From Takakia lepidozioides (lineage: Eukaryota; Plantae; Bryophyta), in assembly GCA_030704615.1 (NCBI GenBank), contig CM060731.1:33542001-33606000 (forward strand): a stretch of DNA of 64,000 bases, in the 5' to 3' direction. Positions 25,525 through 38,508 of the stretch are shown one piece after another; the first letter of the stretch is position 1; the number at the start of each line of letters is the position of its first letter. The notes beneath the pieces were generated by a model, which saw nothing but the letters and a program-made list of their open reading frames with translations, had not been told where the DNA came from and did not search any database. A program made the position numbers and the translations under genes.

Positions 25525-27943
25525 TGGGATGAGATTGATGGTTAGTCAGGACAAAACAGCAACAACTTACAGAACTCAAGTCTAAACCTTATTCCCCTCT
25601 TCACTACGCGTTTCAATACAAACCTGTCAGCTTACTATATGTAGCTGGTCAGAAGTGATCTATGGAGTTAAATACAAGGAACAATGTAGCTGGATGACAG
25701 ATCTTGAAGGTAGCAAGGAATCACCAACAATTACATCCAGCTGCAGAATCGTCAATGGTCCAAGTCACGTGCTCCAAGAACCATGGAACCATTTTTGTGT
25801 TAACTAGAGAAGAGGTACAGACCGAGTAGGAGAAAATAGTTGAGATCTTCCACATCAACAGGTGGAATTTTACTTGATGGTTATAGAGTTCTTGTAGCCA
25901 AAATCTAAACCTCCTTACAACAATAGTTGGGAAACCTACGGTTTTTTTCAACCATTTCACTCTTTGAAGTCTTTGTTGAGGGTCATCAGCAAGTAAATCC
26001 TCTTGTTTCCAGTTTGATGCCTCCAAGACCACTTCCTGATTGGGATATGTTTCTGGGCGTAGAACCATGAGCCTAAATTGACCATTGACAATTTCCACTC
26101 CATTTCATGCAGATGCAGAGGTGCAGACTAGACATGTGATGGTGACCCCGCCCAGGACTCTTGTTCGTCTCAACCGGTCTCTTGCTTGGCATGGCAGATG
26201 ATTGCCATGACAAAGACTTTCCTGATGCCATATGCAGCAATATCATTTGGTACCTATGTTTTCAATTTGTCAGAACTACAGATGATGTCGACTACATGTT
26301 TCCATGACCCACCACACAATTTTCTTTAATCTAGATTAATGATCCCGGGCACATTTCAGATGTATGGTGGACTCCCTGGGAGATCATTGTTACTACAGGG
26401 TCGTTGTCTCCCACTTGCAACAGGAAAAGAAAGAAGAGAAGAACGAAGACCATGAAGAGTAGTTTTCCATTCGGCTGCCAAAAAGCTTGTTTGGCATGCC
26501 TAGAGGTATTGTGGTGACTTTGTTTGTAGGTAAGAAGCTTCTTGTAAGTACCAGTTCCTTGTGGCTGGTTTGTTGGCATCATGTGCCAGTATTATGGAGT
26601 CTTACCATACCCTGGCATGATATTGCTCTGGGATGGTGAATATCTTGTTGGGCAAGTGTCATCATGTTGAGCAAAGTGATTGGATAAAACAGTTGCATTT
26701 ACCTTTTGTTCAAGTCATATGCTTTCCCTACAAGATTGCAAGCCTAGACAGGGCTTATTCTTTGTTTAGAGGGGGGAATTGCGAAGAGAAGCTTGGTTTC
26801 TTGGCATGATAGGGAAGCAAGGTGAACAGGCTGCACCAGTGTGGAAGTAACCTAAAGTGTTGCACTGCAATGGAAATATTCTTACTTTGCTTTAGCCGAC
26901 ATATTTGAGGCTACTTTACTTAAACTTGGAAGTAAAGTAGGGTGGCGCATAATGTGAAAATCAATGTGAGCTAACATTTCATTCTTAGGGCCCATTCACA
27001 CATGCAGGTAGTGGAACAGAGCTAGGTCAACATAGCCGTCAGTTAACTTGTCCGCAGCCCTACATCCCTATGAATCCCTGTGAAATTGAATTTTACAATT
27101 ATTTTGTGTGCATGAACGGCTTTGCAACCGCTGCAGGCTAGGAAACAAATTCACAAATCTGTTCATATTTCCAAAATGGCTAAGCCAATTCAGTCCAAAA
27201 TCCATGTGAACATGCCTCACAACCTTGGCCACCTTCTCCTAAATTTTCAGAGTCTTTGGACAAGATTTTGATATATATCATTTGTAGTGATGGGGTCTAT
27301 AAGTTCAACTTTCCTGCATTTTCTGCACTTCACCCTTTTCGTTTTAGGAGAAAATTGGGTGTATTGTTTGGAAAACTGACCATAACGTTCTAGAACTAAC
27401 ATGGGAGACTCTCACATTGGTATGTGCGTTAGTGCAGTATAGTAAGGGTTAGTAGCATGTTGTTGTAGGCTTGGGCTTGGGCTTTGTTGCTCTCTTGTAG
27501 AGAGAGACTTCGCAACATGTTGAAGTCAACGGAGAAAATGTGGACAAAGGACCTTACACCGTGTCAAGGCTCCAATTGGTGTGTTGTGTTCAGTCATGCC
27601 CCTTACTCTCACCTTCCTCTTATGTTTTGCCAAAGCAAGAGAGCCCATCGCCGTTTTAGGCTTGTTTAATTGGTCTTTGATGCATTAAATAGGTTTTGGA
27701 CATATTAAACATGATGATTGATGCTTAAGGATGATGGCTTTTAAGCTGGATAGAAACAACCATTTATCAGTACCAACCACCATTGGACATGGATGACGCA
27801 AGATGAAACACTAAACGTAAAGTAACACACGTACAGTACCGTCCCCGACCGTTTAGGCATTTTTGTGCCTAATAATTATTAAAAACCAAACAGGCTGCTT
27901 AGGCACGATTCTCAAACCATTTCTCGCATTAGGCATCTTCATG

Positions 27944-28072
27944 TTTTTTGTTTTTTTGTTTTTGTTTTTGTTGATGAACAGGAACTGGCCAAGTTTATTG
28001 AAAAGAGGGGGAAAACAAGAGAGCGGAGGAAAAAATAACCTCCAGGGAGGCCATAAAGGCGTATCACATGGG
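27944..28072 (-). mobile_element. 3' tail of the L1-type LINE, separated from its body by the gypsy insertion
   Basis: Minus-strand AATAAA (27994-27999) followed by an A-rich (CAAAAA)n tail; joins 40921 across the TGGG duplication. Confidence 0.65.
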
Positions 28073-28419
28073 TGTCAAGTTAAATAAGCACAGTGTGAAA
28101 CTAACTAGAATAAAGCTAGTTATTTGTATTTAACACTTGGATTTAGGTCAAGTGTTAAGTCAGGTGTCAAGTTTAGTTTGACACCTGAACTGTCTTATCT
28201 TCACGAGAGCGTCAGTCGCGCAGCTCATCTCTCTCGAGTTGAGCCTACGCGACCGAGCTCCTGTATGCGTTTAGAACTGAGTGTGTTTATGATGGGAGGA
28301 TAGGTTGTTGTGGGGTGGAGTCCCCATAGCTTGGGGTGCCCCTGGCTCGACTTCTATTTTAAAGAGTGATGGTGTTGGTTTGTGTTTCTCTTGTTATTGG
28401 AGTTTAGTTCTTTCTTATC
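28073..28419 (+). repeat. Repeat A1 (347 bp)
   Basis: Matches 40482-40828 with about 7 substitutions by manual count. Confidence 0.95.
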
Positions 28420-28435
28420 ACTCGAGAGAGATGAG
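28420..28435 (+). promoter_or_regulatory. Putative self-priming primer binding site
   Basis: ACTCGAGAGAGATGAG is the exact reverse complement of 28224-28239 inside A1; no TGG-type tRNA PBS at this position. Confidence 0.75.
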
Positions 28436-29524
28436 GCTTGCATCTGTGAGTGCCAGAGGTGAGTTTAGTTTTAGCACTTGTGGTTTTTGTTTTAAAAGTG
28501 AGAGAAACGATTTGTTGAAAGAAGGTGAGCAATGCTTGGAAGGGTGTGCAAGTGCAGGTGGGGCGAGACGATGCCATTTGTTTGTTTTTTGATGATTTGA
28601 GCCTATGAGGAGAGGCGGAGCTGCCGCTCTACTTGTGATCACCACTTAGCAACTTATGAACTCACGGGGGAAAACAACTTGCTGGGGTGCGGCTATAGAC
28701 ACTGTGCCGTCATTGGCATTCATGATTACGATTGTACAAGGCAGGGCCTACGGGAGAAGTAGTTTGTTGCCAGATGATGGGCAGGAATTACGTTGATGAC
28801 TTCGTAGTGTGATATCCTACGCAACTAACGGACTGAGGGCCGAGCAAAGCAATCTGTTTATGACGATCAGAGATCCGGCTATCGTGAGCACGTAGCAGAA
28901 CCTGACCTGGCCTTCTCGACATCGGCTACGAGTAGGAGCTAGGGAAAAGACAAGCATATAAGATCATGGCGGCAAAGAAAGCGGATGCCTCCCAACTATG
29001 AATCCTCCAATGCTGGCTCAACTCCCCAGCCGATGGTGAACTATGCGAAAATGCGTGGCGAAGGAGAGAATGCTGGTGTCTGTGACTACATTGTGATTAC
29101 ATTGCAGTAGGCACAGCTGGAGGAGGGTGTTGATTCTCCTTTTTACATGTCAAAAGTCTACTTCATATCAGACGAAGCTGAGGCTGTCCTCGCGTTTCAG
29201 GGCAGGGTTGGTCTCACCTTGAGGGAGGTGTTGGAAGCAGTCTTTGACACGAAATCTGAACTGTGTACGGGCCATACATTGGCACCGATATTCCACCGAC
29301 ACTTCAACATTCAAAAAGGATTTCAACACCAAAGGGAGCACAAAAGTGCCTTATGTGAAATTCTGCAAGTGCTGGAAGAAGAGGAAGAAGAGGTACACAG
29401 ATTCGAAGAATGAAGCAAGGCATCCGCACCATACAGTGGGTTTCGAAAAGGAAATCAAGATTCGGTGGGCTGTCTTTGCATCAAGCTTTGTGGGTCGACT
29501 TCCACAGGGGCTGTCAATGAAACA

Positions 29525-29790
29525 GCTTGCACATCTGAAGAAGGGCCCTGCACATCAGTCTGCAGTCCAAGATTCTCAAAGAGGGGATGGTGCACTGCAT
29601 TCTCAGGAGCTGGAGGAGCTTTTCTCAATAGCCGCCTCCAATCATGCAGTTCTGGTGGTTCTGACAATGAAAGAGAGACACATGGATTGTTGCAATTTTG
29701 TGGTAGCCCATGGGAGGATCCAATTTATAAAAGCGCTGCGGAGACAAATGCAGTGGGAAGGATCACTTTGAATGGTTTTCTTTCTAAGGG
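29525..29790 (+). pseudogene. Captured fragment of mitochondrial Rho GTPase (MIRO) EF-hand region
   Basis: LKKGPAHQS, GDGALHSQELEELFSIA, SPWEDPIYKSAAETNAVGRITLNGFLSK resemble plant MIRO (recognised from memory). Confidence 0.7.
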
Positions 29791-31561
29791 CAGGTTGAGA
29801 GAGAGAGTGTTGTGGTGTACTAGACTTCCAGGCATTCACTGCGTAGTGGAGCGCGCCAACCCCGCTCTCCACCACAGGTGCTAGCAGTAGCTGCTGCATA
29901 CCCTGAGGTCGCTCCCACCAGATGAGCCACTTCTCGGCGGCGCACAGTTGGTGCAACAGAGGAGGTTGCTCTATGCGAGATCGCCCCTTACTGTGAGCTG
30001 CATCTGAGGGCACCCACGCCATGCCGCTGATGCCAAGGACGTTGTGATGCCATGTGCTGTTGTTGTAAGTCCCGCCATAGCTCTCTCTCTCTCTCTCTCT
30101 CTCACGGAAGACTGCTGCTGTGGAGTGCGCTCGGAAATGCGGTGATGGTGGTCCTCCGTAGTGTAGAACAGGTCGGGGGCGTGTGTGCGTCCAGGCATCA
30201 CAGTCCACGCCTCACTAGAAGCATTCGTGTCATTTACCACTGGGGTAATGACTCATTTTGAGTCGTAAAAGTCAAAAAACAGGGATCGACTGGAAGTTAC
30301 AACAGACCAGTTACAACAGACGTGGTAGTTGGGTTGGACATCCAATGATTGGAGTGGTAAAGGACGTAGACGCGCAAACAACTGCTCAGCGATTAATGCG
30401 ATTAATGCTGAAGAACCACGTGGCGTAACCAGGCGGGCCGCCCGTGTGTCTGATGTTTTGAGCTGACTTTGACTTTTCCCTCCGGATGAGTGGACTGACT
30501 CACCTGGGGCGCGGTGACACATGGACGCGGACGTGGATGCGGACGTGGATGCCGATATGGCGGCGCCGTGACGAGCGGTAATGCCGCCGCGTGGCCACGG
30601 GCTCAAGACGCCACATCGCAGTCGGCCACATAACTTGGAGTGCTGCATGTCACGTGGCAACAGCCACTGGCGAAGTCGACTGCACAACTGCCGGCAGACG
30701 AATCCACGGGGACCACGTGGAGAGTGTGTGGGTCGACGCGTGGCGTCGTCCCCACGCAATGGCAGTGAGGGGTACGACTGCTAGTGGAAAGACGCAGAGT
30801 GCTTGTGCCATCTCGGAACTGCTTTGGCCAACTCCGCTGCCACTATGCTAGTTGGTTGCACTACAGTAGGAAAGCACTGCAAATGAGCACTTGTAGTGGT
30901 TTGTGTGAGTTGTCCAACTGACTTGCATTCTAAGCTGAAAATATGGTTCTGATGCATTCTACTGGTTTTAGTGGTTCACCCATATGCAGGGGGAATTGAG
31001 AAGCAATGATACTGGGCATCCAGTAGTCCCGTTTACTACCAAGTGGTTCCCGGAGTGGTCGCGGACATGCAGTCGATTCGAAAAAGACACGAATGCTTCT
31101 AGTGCCTCCAAGTAAAGCCAACAGCATTCTATGCTCAAACTGCACCGGAAATGGGGCAGTAGTGTACTCACAGTGCGAGGGGAACGGCCTCGGGAACCCG
31201 TAGATAAACAGGGAACCAAGACAAGTATTAAAAAAAAAATATGAGGAGTTTTCTTTGTATTTGTTCTGTCTTATTAAAAAAAAAAGGGGGGGGGGGGGGG
31301 GGGGAGAAAAGAAAAAGGTGTTATGTTTAAAGAGCCTGGTTGGTCATATCTTTGTCAAATGAGCTCCGTTTGACTCAGTCTTTGAGGGGATAGCTGCAGA
31401 AAGGGGATATCTACCTATCTAGATCTAGTTTTTGTTTTTGGGACTCTGCTAAAAATCTATGGAATTTTTAGAGAGTGAGTGTGCCATGAAAGATCCACAA
31501 TCCTGTTTCTAGAACCTGTTCTGGTCTACATGAGAGATAAATCTGGGGATGTACTCCTTGT

Positions 31562-32215
31562 ATGGCTGGGGGAAATGAGGACGTAATTGAAGGGCAGGTC
31601 TCTTCTCTTAGCCTGTGCACACAAGGGGACGGGATTTATGTTTCCCAAGGAACTCAGACTGATTTGAGTGGAGAACAGTTGGACGAGTTGATTGCATACT
31701 GGGAGTCAGGCATTAACAGTAGACAACAAACTGCTGTAGTTGGCGTTGAGGGCCTCAATGTTGCTTTGGACAGTCAGAACTCTGTTGGAGCCAGCAGTTC
31801 TGCAGCTGTAAGTGAAATACCAAAGTGGGTGAAAGCTAGGCTTGGAACACAGCCAAAGACAGCCCCGGGTACCAAGGTGTTCAGCCACAAGGCCGTGGTG
31901 TACTGGAGCAGAGGAGCAGGAGCTACACAAGTTTGTGCAATCAGACATGGTTGCAGCCGGACACGCTCTGCACAAGGCAATCACGAGCGGGGGTTCATTA
32001 GCAATGACAAATTTGTTTTGCTTGAAGGGGATGCAGTCATCCGCAATGAGGACACCCGCAATCGTCTCAAAGCTTTCGAGTTGAGAGACTATCAGACCCT
32101 ACCTTTGTTTTCTTTAGTGTTCAGTGAGCGGGAGATAGGGGAGTATTGTCTCTACCTGGCAGAAAGAGGAGGAGGGTTGGTTAGAGCGAGCTACTGTAGC
32201 TTGGGACAAGGTTAG
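31562..32215 (+). CDS. Accessory ORF upstream of gag, unknown function (may be internally frameshifted)
   Basis: 217-aa ATG-initiated ORF in element sense orientation; no recognised motif. Confidence 0.4.
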   Translation: MAGGNEDVIEGQVSSLSLCTQGDGIYVSQGTQTDLSGEQLDELIAYWESGINSRQQTAVVGVEGLNVALDSQNSVGASSSAAVSEIPKWVKARLGTQPKTAPGTKVFSHKAVVYWSRGAGATQVCAIRHGCSRTRSAQGNHERGFISNDKFVLLEGDAVIRNEDTRNRLKAFELRDYQTLPLFSLVFSEREIGEYCLYLAERGGGLVRASYCSLGQG

Positions 32216-33029
32216 TGGCAGGTTTCTGGACATAGATATACCTCCTACACCTTACTATCATGCAGAGCGAGGCACTTTGAGAGAAGTCTGGCAGTTGATA
32301 GCATAGATCAGGATTAGATCTTGTTGGGTCGGGCTTCTATTCTTCCCCTCCATCTCTGTACTATTTTCATTACCTTGTACTTGTAGTTGTCAAAGCCTCT
32401 CTTAGTGGAGGCCAGTCAGTCCGGGGTTTTGGGTTGGGATATTCTGCAGGATCCGCATTGCACATGGATTTTGGTGTGGGGGTGTTGATGTTTTGATTTC
32501 TTGTGTTTGGATCCCCCCCCAACACCTGCATGCTTGACTGTGCGCCATGTTGGTTTTGTGTGGGCGCTTGCTTTCATAGGGATTAGGCCGGATTTGATCA
32601 CCGGTCAATCCTAGAGTATGCTGTCGGTGGTGAGGCTGATGACCAGCAAGACCACCAGTGTTTCTTCTATGGTGAGACTGGGTTGATGACCAGCCAACCA
32701 TAGGAGTTCTTGCGGTGGATGCAGGTGCAGGTGCCCTGAGCCATTGGGATATGACCCTTAAACTGCAACAGGTGCCCACCCGTGTCACTATTAGAATTAG
32801 TACTAGAGCCTTATAGTGTCACGTGGGGGAGGTGCACATTGGAGTGTCATCACGGAGTTACCCAAGGGTTTGAGGGGAGTACGGCTACAGGCAGTAGCAG
32901 TGAGAGTGGGTTCACCAGACGAGGTTCGTTTCAGACCACCTTCACCTCCACCCTCAACTAGGCAGAGAGTCAGACACAGACTCGGAGGCTTCATCAACAG
33001 GTGTGCAGTTTCATTCGCCATTGTTGTGG

Positions 33030-35420
33030 GACGACATGGAGGAGATGTATGGAGCTACCAAGGGGCCTCGTAGGTACTCTGGAGCTGTGGGCACAATCGA
33101 GTTGGATGACTTTATCCAGGAGTTCGACAGCTGGTGTGATTTGCAGCAGATGCGCAATCCACAGTTATTCACCCCATTCGGGCGTGGAAGGGACTGTTCC
33201 AGCATTTGGAAGGCCCGCCTATGGACGATTACCACGAGTTCAGGCGAGGACATGAAGCAGAGATTGAGGAGTGAGGATGTATTGGTCACCTGACTACGTC
33301 TCCATTACTCGAGGCACGACGCGACCAGTAGCTGCATCAGTACCAATATCTCCCACTGCCAGCACTAGTAGTGGAACAAGTAGTGCTGGTACTTCTGCAG
33401 GTGGTACCAGTTCAAAAGGTGCTACTACTCCTCCTGCCACGACTACAACACATGTGCCTAGATTCAACCGGTGGTGGAGTTCTTCCAGGAGTTGCGGAGG
33501 AACTACCAGGGTGTACGGACAGAGAAGCTGCGAAGTTTGCAAGACTTCCAGCGCAAACCAGTGAGAGCCTGCGAGAGGCGCATACACTCGTATGAGGCGC
33601 TTGATAAGTGTGACCCAAGGGGTTACTGAAGCTCAGGCAATCCAGTTTTGGTATGGAATTCTGGACAAGGAGCTCAAGAGAAGGGTGCGAGATGCAACCC
33701 TGTTACAAGCAGCCCAACCCACATTAGCAGATGTGTTTCTGCTGGCTGAGCGGATTGAGCTCAACATGGTGGAGGAGCGAGTTGTTACCATTGGATTTGG
33801 CAAGGACATGCCTGCACAAGGCGCAGCTGCCAGCCCACAGGCACAAGGGACTGCCCAACAGCGTGGTCAGGGGGGCAAGGTTCCCAACCCAAGTTCCATG
33901 GAGCTTACAGGGGACCTCAGGTGCAGAGGCCCGTGGCATCTTTTGCAGGCCAACGCAACCAGGGGTGATATGTTGGACATGTGGAGGACCCCATGTCAAG
34001 AGAGATTGCCCAGAGAGTGGCAAAAGGCCGGCACAAGCACAGCCTGCACAGTTGCAGTGTGGGCATTGTGGCAAGTATGGGCATGGAGATGCCCAGTGTT
34101 ATGACTTGCATCCTGAGTTGCGCCCAGGCCAGTTCCAAGGGAACAATGGTGGCCGGGGGCGAGGTGGACCAGCCCAGAGAGGACGAGGTGGTCGGGCACG
34201 AGGTGCAGGCCAAGGGCAAGCTCAACATGGCCAAGGACGCGGAGGTCAGGGTGTTGACCAAGGCATGGCCAACCGGCTTCAGCAGCTAGAGCAGAGGCTC
34301 GCTGCCATGGCTACAGCTCAGGCGGTACCGGCTCCCAGGCGGGATGGTCCACCTCCTGCTCCTGAGGGAGGAGATATGGGAGGCATGGGATTCATGTGCG
34401 GAGCAGCACTACCACTAGTGCAGGTGGAGTCTGCTGCAGCCGTGACTCGAGGAGCAGCACGAGTTCCTGAGCCACGAGGTGCAGAGGTGGAATTGGATCC
34501 ACAGCGTGGGGAGGCAAACCGTCAGGCGAGGCTTCCTCAGTCATTCACATTGGCGGAGACTGTGTCGACGCCATCCATGGCACCTAGTTCTCGCCCGACT
34601 GTTACCGAGGCGGAGGTTACTATGCCATTGGGGAGAGCTACACGTGCAGCACTGACACCTGCTACCAAGGCTAGTGCAGCCGGTGTGTTGTTGGGGGCAG
34701 CCACCTCTGTGTGTCAAGCCCCACTGTTCTCGGCAACCATGATTGCGACGCCGGGGGTAAGACCAGCTGCAGTGTTCAGACTAGCAGCAACACTCTGTGA
34801 GAGTGGGGAGGTCACTTCATCTTCTGCGGAGTTACTGGAAGGTGTAGTGGCAGAGGGATCCCCGGATTTGAGGGTCAAGACTGCCACGGCTGCGCCATGG
34901 CAAACTGCAGCTGCCAGGTTGACGGAGCTGCCAGCTAGGCCAGCCTTTGAGCGCGCCATGGTGACACCTGGAGTTGTCTTGTTAGACAACCAGGGAGGCA
35001 TTTTCACTTTGAGTGGACCGGCAGGCAAGAAGTACCGGCCACTGCGGGTCTTGTTGGACTCAGGAGCTCAGCCACTGATGTTGGGCAGAGCTGCTATTGC
35101 AGGTTTGGGCCTCATGGAGGCGGATATGGAGCCTTGTCCTTTCCAGATACAGACATCTCTGGGAGGATCAGAGCAGGCTCGGGGCATGACACGGCGTGAG
35201 TTGGCCATTAGACATAACCGGATCATCCTATAGATGGCTCAGTGATGCGAGCCAAGGCCATTGTGACAGACGCGGTCTCTTACGATGTCCTTGTTGGTGG
35301 GGCAGTGTTATATCCCATGGGCTTCACCCTGGACTTTTGGGAGGAGTCAGCATCCTACAGGCCTGGATGGCAGTCAGGGGATGGTCGTCGTGCACAGCTC
35401 CCTGTGACATTCATTGGGGG
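33030..35420 (+). pseudogene. gag + aspartic protease (frameshifted)
   Basis: LDDFIQEFDSWC; CWTCGGPHVKRDC and CGHCGKYGHGDAQC knuckles; VLLDSGAQP; YDVLVG. Confidence 0.85.
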
Positions 35421-35739
35421 TATTTGCGGCTGCCCAGCGGGGCAAGATGCCAACACTAGCCGCAGTTAGTTGGCCTGGAGAGTTGCTGGAAGGCAATGCC
35501 CATGCCAAGGATGTGCCACCTCCAGCAGAGCAGGATGACATGCATGGTACTGCGGAGTTGCCTGCCATGGTTGCTCACACTCCATTGTGGGGTACGAGCA
35601 AGGATTTGCAGCAGGCTGCTGATGGACGGGTGCAACAAGCTTGGTAGAAGCTTTCGTACCGTCAGGAGAGGAGGAGAGTGCGGTGATTGCACCAAGACCA
35701 CCCCAGTTGTCGCCATTGGACACCACACCTCTTGTGTGG

Positions 35740-36720
35740 CAGTGCCCGGATGAAGGCATATGCCTTCTGGACTTGTTTGTCGGGATCAGCACTGGATTGG
35801 CTGCAGTGCTGCAGGCAGGTGTACGAGTTCGACGTTACCTGTATGTGGAGAGGGATGAGACTGCACGACGCGTCTCACTGCGCCATGTTGCTCAGTTGGT
35901 ACAGCAGTACCCTGAGCTGTTGCCAGTGTCTGCAGTTCGTGGATACCAACAAGCCTTGCCAGCAGACATTTCGTTGCTGGGGCGCAGGATTTGGAGCAGG
36001 TTGGCTCCATTGATCTGGTAGTGGCAGGTTGGCCCTGCCAAGGGCATTCATCAGCCGGGCATGGCAATGGATTGCGAGACTCGAGGACGGGTCTGTTTTG
36101 GGAGATGGTGCGGATTTTGCGCCACTTGCAGCTTCATCAAGCTGTATCGCCAGCATACATCTTGGAGAATGTGCCACTGATGGGCGATTCTCGGGCCAGG
36201 GTGATGGCCAGTGTGCATCAAGTCCGATCGTGGCTTGGGTCAGCAGTGTTGCTGGATGCAGCTGCAGTGGGATCACAGGCTCATCGTCCACGGCTATGGT
36301 GGACTAACTTGATGCCACCCGCACTGCTCAAGCGTGCATTTGATGGGGTGCAGCGGCCACACACCTCATAGTGGACATTTTGGACACAGGGAGGCAGTCT
36401 CAACGTGTGAGACACGATGACCGTTCGCCTTTGGCAGTGGTCAACAGAGTGGGTCAACCACGAGCAGCATTACCTACACTGCTCAGCTTCCCAGGATTCC
36501 ATGCTTTTTGGGATGGTGGACCTGGCCTCCTGTGGGATGCTCAGTTGCAGCAGTTAGTGGAGCCTAATGCCGACGAGCGAGAGCGGGCTATGGGGTTTTC
36601 CACTGGGACCACGGCGGTGCCTTCTCTTTCTGAGGCATCACGTCATCAGGTGTTGGGGCAAGCAATGGATCTCAATTGCTTGACCTGGATTATCAGCTTG
36701 GCTATGGCTGAGCAACGTAG
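35740..36720 (+). pseudogene. DNMT3-like C5 cytosine methyltransferase domain within pol (frameshifted)
   Basis: LDLFVGISTG (I), YVERD (II), DLVVAGWPCQG (IV), ILENV (VI), AHRPRLWWTN (VIII), ERERAMGF (IX), LGQAMD (X). Confidence 0.9.
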
Positions 36721-37129
36721 AGTGCGGAGTGCACTTCCCTTGACGGTCTCTCTGCCTACCGAGACGGTACAGGCAGCGAGTGGGGGCGAGCCGGTGAGGA
36801 CCATGGGGTGTAGACATCCATGGCACACGTGGGAGGTGCTCGAGGTTCAGAGAGAGTTGGCAGCCAAGGCAGCTGTGATGGATGAGGTTGGGGATTCTTC
36901 TCGGGTTGAGGAGGTCCTCAAGGATGAGATGATGGGGCAAGATGAGGCCTTGTCATTGACTGAGCAGGCAGGGAGTACTGCTCAAGAGGTTGCAGCATAG
37001 CAACCACGGGACGCGTCTTCTACCTCTAAGCCTGCTGGACTCAAGGTTGCAGTCACGGAGGACAACTGGGAGCCTGATGTTGGACCTATAGTCACCGGAG
37101 GAGAGAGACGACGTATACGGCGGTTCTTG

Positions 37130-38508
37130 AGGGCTTACAGGAACTGCTTTGCCTTCAGTTTGAAGGACTTAGGAGCACTGAAGGGTCAAGAGATTCGCAT
37201 TGAATTGGCTACTGACACGCCAATCTTTCGGAGACCCTATAGATACAGTGACATGGAGAGGTCTTGATTCAGATGAGAACTCAGGACCTTTGGGAGGCTG
37301 GTTTGGTGGAGCTATCTGGGGGAGAGTATGCTTCAGCCACAGTGATGCCAGCCAAGAAGGATGTCTTGGCAATTGGACGGAGAGACGTATGTGCGGTGAT
37401 TACCGGCCTGTAAATCGTCAGACCAAGTCCGATAGGTATGCCATACCAACACCAGAGGAGATCTTTGATGCCATTGGGCATGCCAAGGTCTTTAGCACAT
37501 TGGATTTACGATCCGGATATCACCAAGTTGCCGATCAAGGAGGCGGATAAGCAAAAGACGGCATTCTGGGGGATCAATGAGCACGGGAAGGATTGCCTAT
37601 ACCAGTGGCGGTTCTTACCATTTGGGCTTAAGAAACGCTCCGGCAGAGTTTCAGAGAGTCATGGACAGGATTCTAGCAGGGGTGGAGTTTGCTCGGTGCT
37701 ACATAGATGACATCATCATTTTAGTGCTACGGTGGAAGAGCATAAGAGACACCTTCAGGGGGTATTTGAGCGCTTGAGGGCGCACGGATTGAACTTACAT
37801 CCGGGAAAGTGCAGGTTTTTCCACAACCAGATTGAGTATCTGGGTCACATGATATATCCTGGAGGATTGGGGGTACAGCAGACTAAGGTAGAGTCCATTG
37901 CACAGGTTCCACGCCCCACGGATGTGAGCCGAGTTCGAGCTTTCATGGGGTTAGCAAACTATTATAGACGGTTTGTTAAGGGATTTAGTGCCATTGCAAA
38001 GGCTCTAACCAAGCTGACCAAGGTGGACCAGGAGTGGCAGTGGGAAGATGAGCAAGAACAAGCTTTTCAAGAGCTCAAGGCGAGGTTGACCTCGGCGCCA
38101 TCTTGAGACGACCTATCAGGGGGCGTCCTTTTCAGCTGCATACAGATTGGAGCATGCTGGGGCTTGGAGCGGTGCTCATACAAGTGGATGATGAGGGAAG
38201 AGAGTTCGTAGTGGCTTATGCTAGCCGCTCAAACAACGTTGCAGAGTCTAAGTATAGCTCATATGAGGGAGAATGCTTAGCTGCAGTGTGGGCCGTGGCA
38301 CACTTCAGGTGCTATCTATACGGCAATCTCTTCACCCTTGTCACGGATCACCAGCCACTCAAGTGGTTGATGGAGTCAGACAAGCTTACGGGGAAGCTTG
38401 CACGGTGGGCACTCATCCTTCAAGAGTATGACTTTCAGGTGGTGCATCGACCGGGTTTGGTCAATCGCAATGCAGATGGGTTGAGTCGCAATCCATGCAC
38501 GAGCCAAC
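37130..38508 (+). pseudogene. Reverse transcriptase + RNase H (frameshifted)
   Basis: [60 protein letters not shown]. Confidence 0.92.

Noticed and set aside
25721-27700. Short ORFs downstream of the RLK
   Set aside because: No recognisable motifs or exon structure
31277-31304. Poly-A/poly-G run, and CT microsatellites at ~20115 and ~30081
   Set aside because: Ordinary low-complexity tracts
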